Assembly: GCA_004431415.1 (NCBI GenBank) | Contig: QPMI01000602.1 | Location: 186,001-250,000 of the forward strand | Length of the DNA: 64,000 nucleotides | Origin: Cyanophora paradoxa CCMP329 | Lineage: Eukaryota > Plantae > Glaucophyta | Reading direction: 5' to 3' | Shown here: positions 50,927 through 61,600 of the stretch, piece after piece | Numbering within the stretch: position 1 is the stretch's first letter | How the letters are laid out: each line of letters opens with the position of its first letter | Translations under genes and position numbers: made by a program | The notes under the pieces: model-generated | Database searches by the model: none | The model's input: the letters and a program-made list of their open reading frames with translations, nothing else | What the model was told of the DNA's origin: nothing

Positions 50927-51148
50927 ATGGCAAAGACTCTTGATGAGATGACCATGACTGAGTTAGATAAATGCATAAAGCATGGAGATATAGGGGCATA
51001 TATCGAAATGTCACAGAGATTGATAGGTTACAATATGTATGCAGCTAAACCAAAGAGAAATAGATCAGTAAACATTCACATTACTGTTTCAGTATCTGAG
51101 AATGTAAACAAAAAACTACAAAAGCAAATTTACAAAGCTTATCTGTGA
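50927..51148 (+). CDS. Small hypothetical viral protein
   Basis: ATG (MAKTLDEM) lies 35 nt after TTAAAG; the track's GTG start falls inside the iteron. Confidence 0.5.
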   Translation: MAKTLDEMTMTELDKCIKHGDIGAYIEMSQRLIGYNMYAAKPKRNRSVNIHITVSVSENVNKKLQKQIYKAYL

Positions 51149-51241
51149 CTTGCAATTGATTGCAAGTATAAAGCCAATTCCTTTGTATATATTTTTATAG
51201 CTGCCTCAGTGGCATACTGAGACCGCTTTTTCTCGATTATC

Positions 51242-51487
51242 TTATAGACCTGGGGGTCCATTGCTACTATCAGTAGGCAAATAATATTTAATCGGTCTCC
51301 CTCTGGGTCTCTGCTCCTCTTTTTGGGCTTTTCTGCGATAATAGGATGCCAGGGCTTGCTGCTTTTTATACTCTCTATATGCTGGGTCCTCTCTATATCG
51401 TTTCTGCATTGCTAGTATGTGTCTGATAGAACCCTCAGTAACAGGTTCATCACTGGTAAACTCGATTAAACTAATAGTGTCCTCCAT
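51242..51487 (-). CDS. Small basic viral protein
   Basis: RYREDPAYREYKKQQALASYYRRK...RPRGRP (AT-hook-like); overlaps its neighbour. Confidence 0.6.
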   Translation of the reverse strand: MEDTISLIEFTSDEPVTEGSIRHILAMQKRYREDPAYREYKKQQALASYYRRKAQKEEQRPRGRPIKYYLPTDSSNGPPGL

Positions 51488-51743
51488 TTATATTCCCAGA
51501 GAAAACGTTTTCTGCTGGCAGAGAACTTCTCCTTGGATACTCCTGTTGCTCATATGTATACTCTGTGGGGTCTGCTGGCATTGACTCCACTGAAGCTGTT
51601 GACCTCCTTCTTTCTCTTGCCTCAGATACATTATCCTCAGTATCTGACATCTCAAACTCTATTGTTGTGTCACAGCATCCACTGTGGCAATTGCTTACCA
51701 CATGCAGACTGAGCATCTCAATAAACTTTCGTATTATATCCAT
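51471..51743 (-). CDS. Small hypothetical viral protein
   Basis: ATG-started ORF packed in the minus-strand gene run; contains SNCHSGCC. Confidence 0.55.
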   Translation of the reverse strand: MDIIRKFIEMLSLHVVSNCHSGCCDTTIEFEMSDTEDNVSEARERRRSTASVESMPADPTEYTYEQQEYPRRSSLPAENVFSGNINGGHY

Positions 51744-51765
51744 GTCTCTAATAAAACAGAGAAAA

Positions 51766-52500
51766 TTAAAGCCAAACTCGTCTTTTATATACTGTGGGAG
51801 CTACTCCCTTTTCTACTTCAGCTTTAGTGGCACCAGGTTCAATGGTTCCCTTTTGGGTCTTTGTTTTCATTTCATCTACTGCTTGCTCATCGATTTGGGT
51901 CTCTTTCTTAGCAATAAACTGTTTATCTGGGACACCAGTAATGCCCATTTTATAAACTTCCTTTCGAAGCATCTCCTTTAGCTTAGCCCTCTCTTTCTTC
52001 TCAGTAACATACTGCTCCAAGGCACTGGATTTGGCTTCCAAGTCTTTGAGTTTAGCAGTCATCTCATCCCATTGAGCTTTGGGAATTCGATGAATATTTT
52101 GAGTGGGAGCAGTCTTATATGTGACTTCACCAGCCATAGACTGAATTACCTTGTCTGATTCCTTACTAAGACCTTCACCTTTGCGAGCCAGTGAAAGATC
52201 TTGCAAGCCTAGACCTTTATCATCAGCAGCACCAATAATTCGCCTGGCACCCTCAGCAACAGCTTTCATTTTTGAGGCTTCTGGTGAGATGTTGAGTTGG
52301 TCACTGGTTGAAGCCTGTGGGGCTTTGTCATCGACTGATTCCTCATAGGCAGCATTAAGAGGGTCTTCTTCTTGTTGTGAGGGCTTCACCTCATTCATAC
52401 CATTGAACTTCAGTGGTTCAGTGTTAATGGATCCATTGTTTCCACCACCTGAATAGCCAACAGCCCCAGCTGGGATCCCTATTTTTCGTTTGGGAGGCAT
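51766..52500 (-). CDS. Hypothetical viral protein with coiled coil (possible core/structural protein)
   Basis: 244-aa ORF starting MPPKRK, next to the packaging ATPase. Confidence 0.7.
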   Translation of the reverse strand: MPPKRKIGIPAGAVGYSGGGNNGSINTEPLKFNGMNEVKPSQQEEDPLNAAYEESVDDKAPQASTSDQLNISPEASKMKAVAEGARRIIGAADDKGLGLQDLSLARKGEGLSKESDKVIQSMAGEVTYKTAPTQNIHRIPKAQWDEMTAKLKDLEAKSSALEQYVTEKKERAKLKEMLRKEVYKMGITGVPDKQFIAKKETQIDEQAVDEMKTKTQKGTIEPGATKAEVEKGVAPTVYKRRVWL

Positions 52501-52528
52501 TGTATCTTTATTAGAATGAGAGATAATT

Positions 52529-53311
52529 TTATAAACCGCGTTTATATCTCATCAATTTATTGCTATGGATTTGGCTTTTCACTTCTTTAGGGGCTTCCTC
52601 TTTCTCTGGTGGTTTCAGTTCATCTTCTTTCTTTTTTGGCTTTCTGTGGAAGCGAGGAAATGGGAAATCTTTCACAAGCTCAGCTTTATCTACATAGTAT
52701 TTAACTGAGTAGTTTGCAGAGGACCAAATAATATACTGATAGGAGTGAACATACTCTTCAAACATCTTGTAAAAATCCTCTTTATTTCGCATTATATTGT
52801 ATTCTTCCTCTATGGCTTCCAGTTCTTTGCGATTTGCAGCACTTAAAAACATAGCATAGTCCGAATTAACTCGAATTGTTGAAGAAACCTTACGCAGTTT
52901 CTGAGTTATGCAAAAAATGCTTATTTGGGAATGGCGCCCACGCGAATACAGAGATCCTATTATTTTATCCCTGGTCAAATCGACTATTTCATTATCGATT
53001 AAATCATCTAAAACCACACATAACTGATTAACAGGTTCTCCCTTTTCTATTTTCTCTTGCCTCTCATCTAGCAATTTAGCAATGTAAGGGGCATCCCATT
53101 TTCCCAGTTGCAGTGTTGCCACTTTATCCCAGAAATGATTGAAGCTGGTTCCACTCACAACTAATACAACATCAATCTTTTTGGCATCATGCAGTTGCTT
53201 CAACCAATACTTTACAGCTTCTGATTTACCAGTGGCAGACTTGCCAATTGCTAATACACGAAATGGTGGTTCTATCATTTCACCAGCCACAAATTCATCC
53301 AAATCATTCAT
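52529..53311 (-). CDS. A32/FtsK-like genome packaging ATPase
   Basis: Walker A GKSATGKS, Walker B LCVVLDD, RGRHSQISIFCITQ, IRVNSDY. Confidence 0.93.
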   Translation of the reverse strand: MNDLDEFVAGEMIEPPFRVLAIGKSATGKSEAVKYWLKQLHDAKKIDVVLVVSGTSFNHFWDKVATLQLGKWDAPYIAKLLDERQEKIEKGEPVNQLCVVLDDLIDNEIVDLTRDKIIGSLYSRGRHSQISIFCITQKLRKVSSTIRVNSDYAMFLSAANRKELEAIEEEYNIMRNKEDFYKMFEEYVHSYQYIIWSSANYSVKYYVDKAELVKDFPFPRFHRKPKKKEDELKPPEKEEAPKEVKSQIHSNKLMRYKRGL

Positions 53312-53376
53312 TGTTGTATATCTTTCTAAATAAATACAGATAAAAATAATGCAGAGAGACTGAATATCGTAACAAT

Positions 53377-54747
53377 CTATAAATTAATTCTTCGGAGACC
53401 ATCCTTGTCCAAAATTATATAGCTATGCATGAGAGCGCGAACATTGACATCGATTACCTTATCTGAAGGCATGTAGAGGGTGAGGAAGGAAGAAGAGGAA
53501 TTTGTTAAATCGACATAACCAGACTGGGCAATATTTCGAATTGCCTTCTCTCCATCAATGCAGAAACTTAAACCTGAAAGGACATAGCGATCAGCAACCT
53601 TATCCATGTTAGAGCATTTGAAGGCATCAGCAATTAGCTCAGCACCTTTGAGTAGGGAAATTGGCTCAGTGGCATAAAGTCGCTGTCCATTAATTTCAAC
53701 AGTGAAAGTAATATCTTTGGAGTTGGCATAGGTCTTAAGAACACTGTGGGAGCCAGTGGATTTATCAACAGTTGCATTATCACGAACTGAAACAAGCAGA
53801 GCATAAACAAGACCTGAGATTTGAGAGAGGTTAATTCGATTGGGTTGGGCATTGCCCTTGGCAGGGAAAGCACTAGCATCTACAAATCCAATATCAAGGG
53901 AGGGAATAGCCATGCCAGTAGTCTTTACTTTTTCAATTACAGTAGCGAAAAGCTCATCAGAAACATTAATAGCATGCATGTAAAGGCGAGGAGAAGTAAT
54001 AGAAATGACAGGGGTTGTTGCACCAAGAGTAAAGTCTGTGATGTTTTGACCAACATTTGCCAGAACAGTTTCAGCAGGGGCAGTTCCAAGACCATCATCT
54101 TTTGAATAATCTACATCAGCTGCTGCAACAGTAAGACCACGACCACCATAGGAAGTTTCAACATAACCCTTTCCAGCATCCTTAAACCAAACAGTAACAA
54201 CCATTTCACCAGATAAAGCACCAAGGGGAAGGTAGTGATTTAGCCAAGGCACAGGGATTTCAACAAAGAATGAGCCACCAAGGCGGTTGGTTCCATGAGC
54301 AGGGATGCCATGAACCATGCCCATTGATTGCTTCTTTTTAGCTAGTTGATCCTCCGAATAATAGACCAGGGGGAAATGAGCAAGGAAATCAGAGGGAATG
54401 TGGTAGGTGTAAGATCCATAGGTAATTTCGAGTCGCTGAACTAAAGCACCAACTGGGCGAGTGTATCCATTGCGAACTAGGTCAGTATCACCAGCAAATG
54501 TGATGGCTGGAAGGTCGAAAGCAAGTTCGAGTTTTCCACAGAAATTGTAGCGAGGTAGCTTGAAGGAAATGCGATTTCCAACATTATTCTCAAAAGTATT
54601 GCTGGGATTCACAACAACTAGAACTGGCTTAGACTTGGATTCGAGACCAAGCATTAGGGAGTTATCCAGGAAAAAGGCTTTCGCCTCCTCTGGGGTTGTT
54701 AGGGCTTCTTTCAGCGAAAGTCTTTGAAGAGTGGAAGTGATATCCAT
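53377..54747 (-). CDS. Major capsid protein, probable double jelly-roll
   Basis: ~456-aa beta-rich ORF between the ATPase and minor capsid genes; GNRISFKLPR...LELAFDLP...LVQRLEITYG and ITFTVEINGQ resemble DJR strands. Likely start MDITST. Confidence 0.8.
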   Translation of the reverse strand: MDITSTLQRLSLKEALTTPEEAKAFFLDNSLMLGLESKSKPVLVVVNPSNTFENNVGNRISFKLPRYNFCGKLELAFDLPAITFAGDTDLVRNGYTRPVGALVQRLEITYGSYTYHIPSDFLAHFPLVYYSEDQLAKKKQSMGMVHGIPAHGTNRLGGSFFVEIPVPWLNHYLPLGALSGEMVVTVWFKDAGKGYVETSYGGRGLTVAAADVDYSKDDGLGTAPAETVLANVGQNITDFTLGATTPVISITSPRLYMHAINVSDELFATVIEKVKTTGMAIPSLDIGFVDASAFPAKGNAQPNRINLSQISGLVYALLVSVRDNATVDKSTGSHSVLKTYANSKDITFTVEINGQRLYATEPISLLKGAELIADAFKCSNMDKVADRYVLSGLSFCIDGEKAIRNIAQSGYVDLTNSSSSFLTLYMPSDKVIDVNVRALMHSYIILDKDGLRRINL

Positions 54748-54800
54748 TATATTCTCTTTTATTATACTGCAACATAAAAAATCTACCAATGATCCTTAAT

Positions 54801-55832
54801 TTATGCGAAGCTTGTAATAACTGGATAGGAAGGGTGAAGCTGCGACATTCTCATCTTAAAGTATTCATAAACTGGGTCTCCTGCTGGCTCATCACCATAG
54901 CGAATTTCAAAGGTCAGATGAACAGGTTGACCCTCAAAATCAATTGGTTCATTTACAGCATTAACAATATCAACCGAGAAAGTGGATAATCCAACCTTCT
55001 TATTATAATATTTGTAAAGTGGGTGAGCTTCTGTTGAATTGTAAACAACATGCTCACCATAGTCTTTATCAGGGACCACTATTTTGTGAAAGTAACCAGT
55101 CAGAAGACCATCCCCACATTGAACCAGATCACCCAGCTCCTTTACTCTCACAAACAAAACACTGTCCCTGGTCTTCTCAGGCTCAAAAGAAGATATAATG
55201 CCATTCACTCGACCATCAGTAAAGATTCCATCAGTGAGAGCATCATAAACTTGGGATTTGATTGGGGAATTCCCATATCTTCCAGGATCAAGACCAAGCA
55301 GTCTAGCTGAACTCAATAGCTTTTGGATTGTTTGTTGGCTTGGGTTTACAGCAAGTGAGAAAGCCAGGTAAAAAGGCACTGCCGACTGGAATATAATTCG
55401 TTTCAGTGACTCATCCCATTTGCAGCGAATGGATGGTTGGGGAGTTCTGCCAATGAATTTTGAGTTGATTACATTCACCAGCTGTTGGTGGCTTTGGATG
55501 GGGGTCTCGCGATTTACCATGAATTGTTTCCATTGTTCAAAATCAGCAGCTGGGCGAGTTGTTGGAATTCCTGAGCTTCCAGCTCCTGGAGTTTGTTCAG
55601 AATAATAAATACTAAATGTGTTATCAACTGTTACATCTCCTGCTTTGGTTTCACCACTCACCATAGGGATGCTGTTATAAAATTCGGCTGAGACCAGTCT
55701 CACAGCCCTCACATTCTCATAAGTACTGGGGAGTCTAGCCACAAAGCTTGAAGTGGGACCATCACCAGAGATTGTATTAAATGAGCTAACCTCGATGTAA
55801 TCCACAGGCATTCTTCTTTTATCTATATTCAT
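54801..55832 (-). CDS. Minor capsid (penton-like single jelly-roll) protein 1
   Basis: SFVARLPSTYENVRAVRLVSAEFYNS ... LFVRVKEL ... LSTFSVDIVNAVNEPIDFEGQPVHLTFEI. Confidence 0.8.
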   Translation of the reverse strand: MNIDKRRMPVDYIEVSSFNTISGDGPTSSFVARLPSTYENVRAVRLVSAEFYNSIPMVSGETKAGDVTVDNTFSIYYSEQTPGAGSSGIPTTRPAADFEQWKQFMVNRETPIQSHQQLVNVINSKFIGRTPQPSIRCKWDESLKRIIFQSAVPFYLAFSLAVNPSQQTIQKLLSSARLLGLDPGRYGNSPIKSQVYDALTDGIFTDGRVNGIISSFEPEKTRDSVLFVRVKELGDLVQCGDGLLTGYFHKIVVPDKDYGEHVVYNSTEAHPLYKYYNKKVGLSTFSVDIVNAVNEPIDFEGQPVHLTFEIRYGDEPAGDPVYEYFKMRMSQLHPSYPVITSFA

Positions 55833-55840
55833 ATATTAAA

Positions 55841-56773
55841 ATGAACCGGCTCGTTAATATTGATAGCAGGGATAGAAGCCAAGGACAAAATGAAAACTCT
55901 TACAGGGTCACCCTCACAACTCCAGTAGAGAGACCAAGGGAATGCAGGGTTCTATATGCAGAGATTCCAAACAGCATCTATAACAGTGTTGGAACTGATC
56001 ATCTAACAGTTCAGTTTAATTACCAAGATGGTTCATATAACCAAGTGATCACACAACAAGTGTATCCCCTTCCCAGTGGCTACATCAATCAGGGTCATTT
56101 TGGGGTAACACACCCTTATAATTACGGGCTGAACTATTCAAGCTTCCAAACAATTGCAGGCAAAACAGTAGCTTTTGAGTTCAAGATATTCTATAACCCA
56201 ACTACCTATAAAGTGGAGTTTTACAGTAACCATGAGTTTCGTTTTATTGCAAGCAACCAGAGAATAGGGAAGCTTTTGGGTGTAAGCTCTACTGAATATA
56301 CCAATGGGTATTATAGCACTCCTCCTGTTGGTGGATCTCCCTATCGACCTGAGAACCTTTTAAAGTATGATGGCAAACCTATTACACCTGATCACCCAGC
56401 ATGGGGAATCACCTTCTCAGGACCCAGACTCTCCTCTAAGCCCTTGCAATATTATTTTGACAGCAGGAAGATGTCTGATATGAATGCTGAGCAGTATCTG
56501 TACATGCATATTAAAGAGCTGTCCCCCTTTGCCAGCAGACACAATATAATTCCAAAATCGCAACCACAAAACCAGGGAGCTATCCTTAGATTGCAATTGA
56601 GTAAGGATATAGGGGGCTATGTTTACCATAGTGGTGAGCATGCAGAATTTATTCAAATCAATGACAGAAACCTGGTGATAAGGGAACTCACAGTTGAGTT
56701 TAAAGATTACTTTGGTGAACTGATTGATATGAATGGAATCGATAATTCGTTTCAGTTGGAGTTTATCGAATAA
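55841..56773 (+). CDS. Minor capsid (penton-like single jelly-roll) protein 2
   Basis: VNIDSRDR ... AEIPNSIYN ... YLYMHIKEL ... LTVEFKDYFGELIDMNGIDNSFQLEF. Confidence 0.85.
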   Translation: MNRLVNIDSRDRSQGQNENSYRVTLTTPVERPRECRVLYAEIPNSIYNSVGTDHLTVQFNYQDGSYNQVITQQVYPLPSGYINQGHFGVTHPYNYGLNYSSFQTIAGKTVAFEFKIFYNPTTYKVEFYSNHEFRFIASNQRIGKLLGVSSTEYTNGYYSTPPVGGSPYRPENLLKYDGKPITPDHPAWGITFSGPRLSSKPLQYYFDSRKMSDMNAEQYLYMHIKELSPFASRHNIIPKSQPQNQGAILRLQLSKDIGGYVYHSGEHAEFIQINDRNLVIRELTVEFKDYFGELIDMNGIDNSFQLEFIE

Positions 56774-58097
56774 AGGCACCTGTAAAGTCCACTCTCATTG
56801 TGGGAGCATTCACATACACAAGGGGATAAATGCGAATATATTTAATTCTGAGAGAAAAACCTATGTAAAAAGCATCCTTGATGCTGAGAGGGAATCCACT
56901 CAATAAAGCCACATCACCTGAGTTGTGAGCATTGTTAATGTTCTCACAGACATACATTTTGTTTTGCCCATCTGATCGAATAAAAGACCAGTTGATCCCA
57001 TCAGTGGATGTTGCCACATTGAAAGTCTTAATAAAAGCATTGGTGTCACCTGAGCCATAGGCAATCACAGAGGAGAGTTCAAAAGTGTATGGGAAAGCAA
57101 CTTGAAGGTATTCAGTGGGGGTTTCCCATATCTGCTCAGGAGCATAGGCTCCAGCTTCCCAGCCAAATGCTGAAGGTCTAGCCATGAAAGGCTCTTTACC
57201 AGTCACAGAGGATGAGGCAGTGAAGGCATCATCTGCAAGCTGATACCAATTAGCATCCAAAGGTGGTGATGTAGTGAGAGTGGATGAGATGTAAGCCTTT
57301 GTAGGGTTCTTTAATTCATAGTTTGCTACTAGAATGCTGCAAAGCTTATTAATCATATCATTGTTTGCTGCTATGTATGTTTCTGTGAAAGAAAGCATAT
57401 CTGGGATTTTAGAAGTGTCATCCAGGGAGCTTACTATGTGATTCGGAAGAGGGACTGATAGCCTATAGTATCTCCCATAATCCTGATCATAGTTGTAGGG
57501 TAACAACTCCTCCATTTTATCAAGGGCAGAAAGCTCACTTGCAGCCATGAGCATGTTAATCAATGGGCTTCCATCTGTTGAGGCAATCCATGAGAGAATG
57601 CCCCAGCTGTTCACAGTCTCATAAGCATAACCCACATAGTCAGACTCTAAATGTGGGTCCACCTCTCCACAAGAGATGCTTATTACTATAATATCATCAT
57701 CATCACTGTAAATCTTCTTTGCATGGCTGTAACCACACACACTGGGATTATTGTTTCCCGAAATGGCACCATCAATGAGACAGACATATACTCCCCGATT
57801 GAAATCAACAATGCTTACAGGAGAGAAATATGTAGGAGCAGCAGAAGTAGCCCTAGCAGCAATCTTACAAGGCATAAAGTTGTAATTGTTATCATTTGTG
57901 ATAAATATTGGTTTCATATTCTGAGTATCAAAGGATGTAATCACAATGTCCTTTAGGGAATCTTGTATTAGTGATTCACCAGTAACTGAATTGATTGCAG
58001 TCTCCAAGGGTCCCACATCATACTTTGTATTAAAAAGGGCATTTTCGATTATATTTCGAGGATTTGCGAAAATCAAGGGCAGTTGAGTTAGGTAAAT
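56763..58097 (-). pseudogene. Patatin-like phospholipase fused to F5/8 type C (discoidin) domain; 5' part displaced by the insertion
   Basis: ATSAAPTYF and IDGA patatin motifs; discoidin EYLQV...STDGINW...YIRIYP...MRVDF. No ATG, DGGG or GxSxG motif before the sequence turns GC-rich. Confidence 0.85.
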
Positions 58098-58656
58098 TGT
58101 TGCCGATAGGGTTTCCTAGCCGTTAGTGCTTCGTTTGCACTTCGTTCGCAGTAGTACCGTGACTTGACCCGCGGCTTCTCGCGATTTCCTGAGTCACTGT
58201 ACCCCTGTACGAAGATGCGACCCTAGCTACTTTTTCTGACTCTAGCTTGATACTTTCCGGTAGCCGTGTCCTAGGGTACACAGTAGTCTGTGATTAGCAG
58301 CTTTCTCTTGCAACGTGACAGCCTGCTCGCCTGCTGCTGGTACGCTACGGGAAGGTTGCTAAGGTCTACTGGGACGTATAAAACCTCCTAAAACATCCTC
58401 GCCGGGACCAGCGCACGCCAGCTGACGGACTTGCTGCGCACGTCCGTTGGCCGCGAGCGTGAACCCGCTGGACTACGAGGAGGCGAACGCTTGACGCTTT
58501 CGGAGAGCACCGCTACTGGCGGACGCACTCCGCTGACCCGCCTCGCCGCCGACGCTTCCCTTCTCGAAGCTTCGGACGCGCCTCCGCCGCTCACTCGCGC
58601 AGTTGGGGAGCAGCCCGCCGTACCGCGGCATCGGCTAGCTCCCTGGCTCATCGTTC

Positions 58657-61600
58657 GTGCCGCGCGCGCATCGGGGATCGGTTGCGGCGGTCCGACTCGA
58701 ACGACGGTCACGGGCCAGCTCGCGTACCGTACTGCGGTCGCGGCCCGACGGCAACGTCTACGTCGAACGACCGCGTGATGGAGCGCGAAGGCATGACTTC
58801 CGGCGAGATGGCCCGACCTTCCCCGGCCAACTGACAATGCTCAACCGCACGGCCCGAGTCGCAGCGGCGCACGCCGAGGAGATCGCGCGCCGGCGGGTCA
58901 TGGGCGCGGAGCCGCCGCAGGCGATCAAGATGGAGGACGGCAAGATGGGCCACACCACCGGGATTCCCGTCTCGCCCAACGGCGTCTTCCAACATCACAA
59001 CGCCATCCGTTCGGCTACTCGCGGAGACAAGAAGTACTCCCTGCTGGACGACGGTTCGCAGGCGGCGTACCACGCCGTCGATTTCGGTGTCCGTTCGCTG
59101 CCGGCGGGACTAACGGAAGTCTACCGTTCGACGGTCGAGTTGCACCGGTCTCTCGTCGAAAACCTCGTCGACGCAGAGAGCGAGCTCACGAAGGCGAAGG
59201 CGACACTCGCGACGGCTACGGAGGAGGCGGCCAAGGAGGCGGCGCAGAAGGCCGTCCAGACGCGACAGGCCGTCGTCGACAAACTCCGGGCTGAGATGCC
59301 CTCGGACATTATTCGCGGCGTCCCCTCGTACATTAAGAGCCTCGTTCGCATGATTGACCCCGCTGAGCGCAAGCGTCTCAAGGAGGAGCTCATCGCGGCG
59401 TACGATGGCACTCAACTGGACCGTATTTTCGCCAACATCTGTGACCTCATCGCGTTCACTGACCTGCCGCGTGACAAGACGGGCCACACTGTGCAGGCGC
59501 TGGACGTCTATGACACGCTCGAGCAGCAGATCACGGAGCGCAAGACGCTACACCACGGCCTGTACTCCGGCCTCCCGTACGAGCAGCAGCGCAAGGCCAA
59601 TTACGACCTGGCGCTGAATCTACTGCCGAAGCTGAAGACGATGGCGCAGGACCTGTCGCCGACCGATGGGATGACTCCCAAGGACAAGGAGACCTGGTTT
59701 AACCTCTTCTGCACTCGTGCGCAGTCGCTCATTCGGGAGGCGGGCTTTCTGATTGTGACGACGACTGCTGGGGAGCCCTCGATTCCTACTGGGAATTCGA
59801 AGAAGGGCGCCAGCATCAACGCGGCGAACGTCGACGGGTACGATTACGACAACGATGGCGACGACGGGTACACGGCGCCGTACAGCGGCACTCCGTACAC
59901 CCCACCGCCTTCGTCGTCCCCTGCGCCCTCGGCCCCGCACTCGCAGTTACTCGGCTCTTCGGTCAATCTCGTCCACACGACGCCGTCGACCCCGCCGATA
60001 ACCAATCCGATCTACCAATCCGCCCTCCCCGCGCCCCAGCAGCCGGCGCCGGGCCACAAGCCCGTCCCCGGCTGCTGCGACTGGCACGCACCGGTGCCCG
60101 GGAAGGACTACGGCAATCGCCCGCCCATCGGCCGCCCCTACGATTACGCCCGTACGCAGACGGTCACGGCGATCCGTACGAGCCAGGGCTACCCGCGCGA
60201 CGCGCGCCCGAGGGTGAGGCCCGGCACCAACGATCACATTTGCACACGTTGTCGGTCGTTGGGAGCCGCGGACATCCATCACTACTCTGACGACTACCAC
60301 GAGTGTTGCTCTCACCCGTACCGTCGGGAACTACTCAAATTCGTCAACCAAGGCTGCCAAGACCCCGAGGTCCTGGCTGCGGCCCGCCTCTGCGGCCTCA
60401 TCCCTGGCGGCCCGCAGGCACCGTCCTACAACGCGGTCCCCCGCCGTCGAACTCTGTACCCGTCGCTCCGGCGCAGCTACAAACCGCCCCTTGCAGGAAC
60501 TGCGGCGAGCACGGCCACCACGCGTCGGCGTGCACGAAGCCGGTGCGCTGCTACAACTGCGGAGGGGAGGGTCACACGCAGAACCGCTGCCCCAGTGGCA
60601 AGCGCCAGCACGACGGCGGTCCCCCACACGGTCCGTCCCCGAAGCGTGGCCCCGATGGTGGTGCTGGCGGCGCAGGAGGCGGCGGGCACCGTGGTGGCCA
60701 TCGCGGCGGTGGCAGGGGCGGCTACCAGAGCGGCGGTGGAGGCGGCGGCCAAGGCGGGACGGGATCTAACGCCACCCTCCTCGGCAATCCCGCCCCGATG
60801 CAGCGCCCGACTGGCCCCGTTGTTGACGCGCCGTCTTCGCGCCCGACTGGCCCCGTTGTTGACGCGCCGTCTTCGCGCCCGGCTGGCCCCGTCACTGACG
60901 CGCTGCCTTCGCGCCCGACTGGCTCCGTTGCTGACGCGCCGTCTCCGCGCCCGACCGGCCCCATCGCTAACGCGCCGCCCCCGAACCCTCGCCCGACTGA
61001 CCACGGAGACGCCGTGCAGTCCGGTGGTCCTGACTCGGGCCGGGAGACCGAGGCTACGACGGACAGCCTGGCCATGGTACCGATCGCTCCGGTGCAAACT
61101 GTCCCGATCACGCCGACGCAGCCCTCGGCATCGGACATCGCGCACTTCGTTCGGGACGTCAACGCCACGACGGCGACGCAGCCGGTAACGTCGGCGGCGG
61201 AGAGGACGGCCCCCGTCCCCGTCGCCATCCCCGTCGCTGAACCCGCGTCGCCGTCCCCCTCGTCGACTCACGCGACCGGCCCGTCGTCGCCGGCCCCGTC
61301 TGACTTGTCGACAGAGATGGAAACGGGAAGCCGTACTGCGGCCGAGTCCCGTGTTCCAATTCGGTGTGCGCAGCCCCGGCGGGGCGTCACTGCCGGCAGT
61401 ATCCGCGACCTCATCAACGCTGGCCTCCGCCGGCACGACCACACTCGCATGTCCGCCGCCTTGGCTCCCGTCACGTCCAAGAAAACCCCGCTCTTCACTC
61501 GAAACTTTGGCCGTATGCACCGCCCGCGCCCGAACGCCATCAATCCCGTCGCCCGCGTCGCAGTCACGAGGTCGCTCACCTTCGCGGCCGCCCCCTCGGC

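Larger units (their letters stand above)
40662..58097. mobile_element. Endogenous Polinton-like virus / virophage-related element (left part; interrupted by a retroelement)
   Basis: Sharp switch to AT-rich, intron-less, tightly packed ORFs encoding integrase, pPolB, primase-helicase, packaging ATPase, and major and minor capsid proteins. Confidence 0.93.

Noticed and set aside
40662-58097. Bacterial prophage, contamination or organelle insertion
   Set aside because: The gene set (rve, pPolB, A32 ATPase, jelly-roll capsids) is that of eukaryotic Polinton-type viruses; no tailed-phage or organelle genes are present.
60430-60450. Programmed -1 gag-pol frameshift
   Set aside because: No canonical X XXY YYZ slippery site, and the shift lies before the zinc knuckles; a homopolymer error is simpler.
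60804-60979. 36-bp repeats as a CRISPR array
   Set aside because: Head-to-tail, without spacers, and in frame within a coding sequence.
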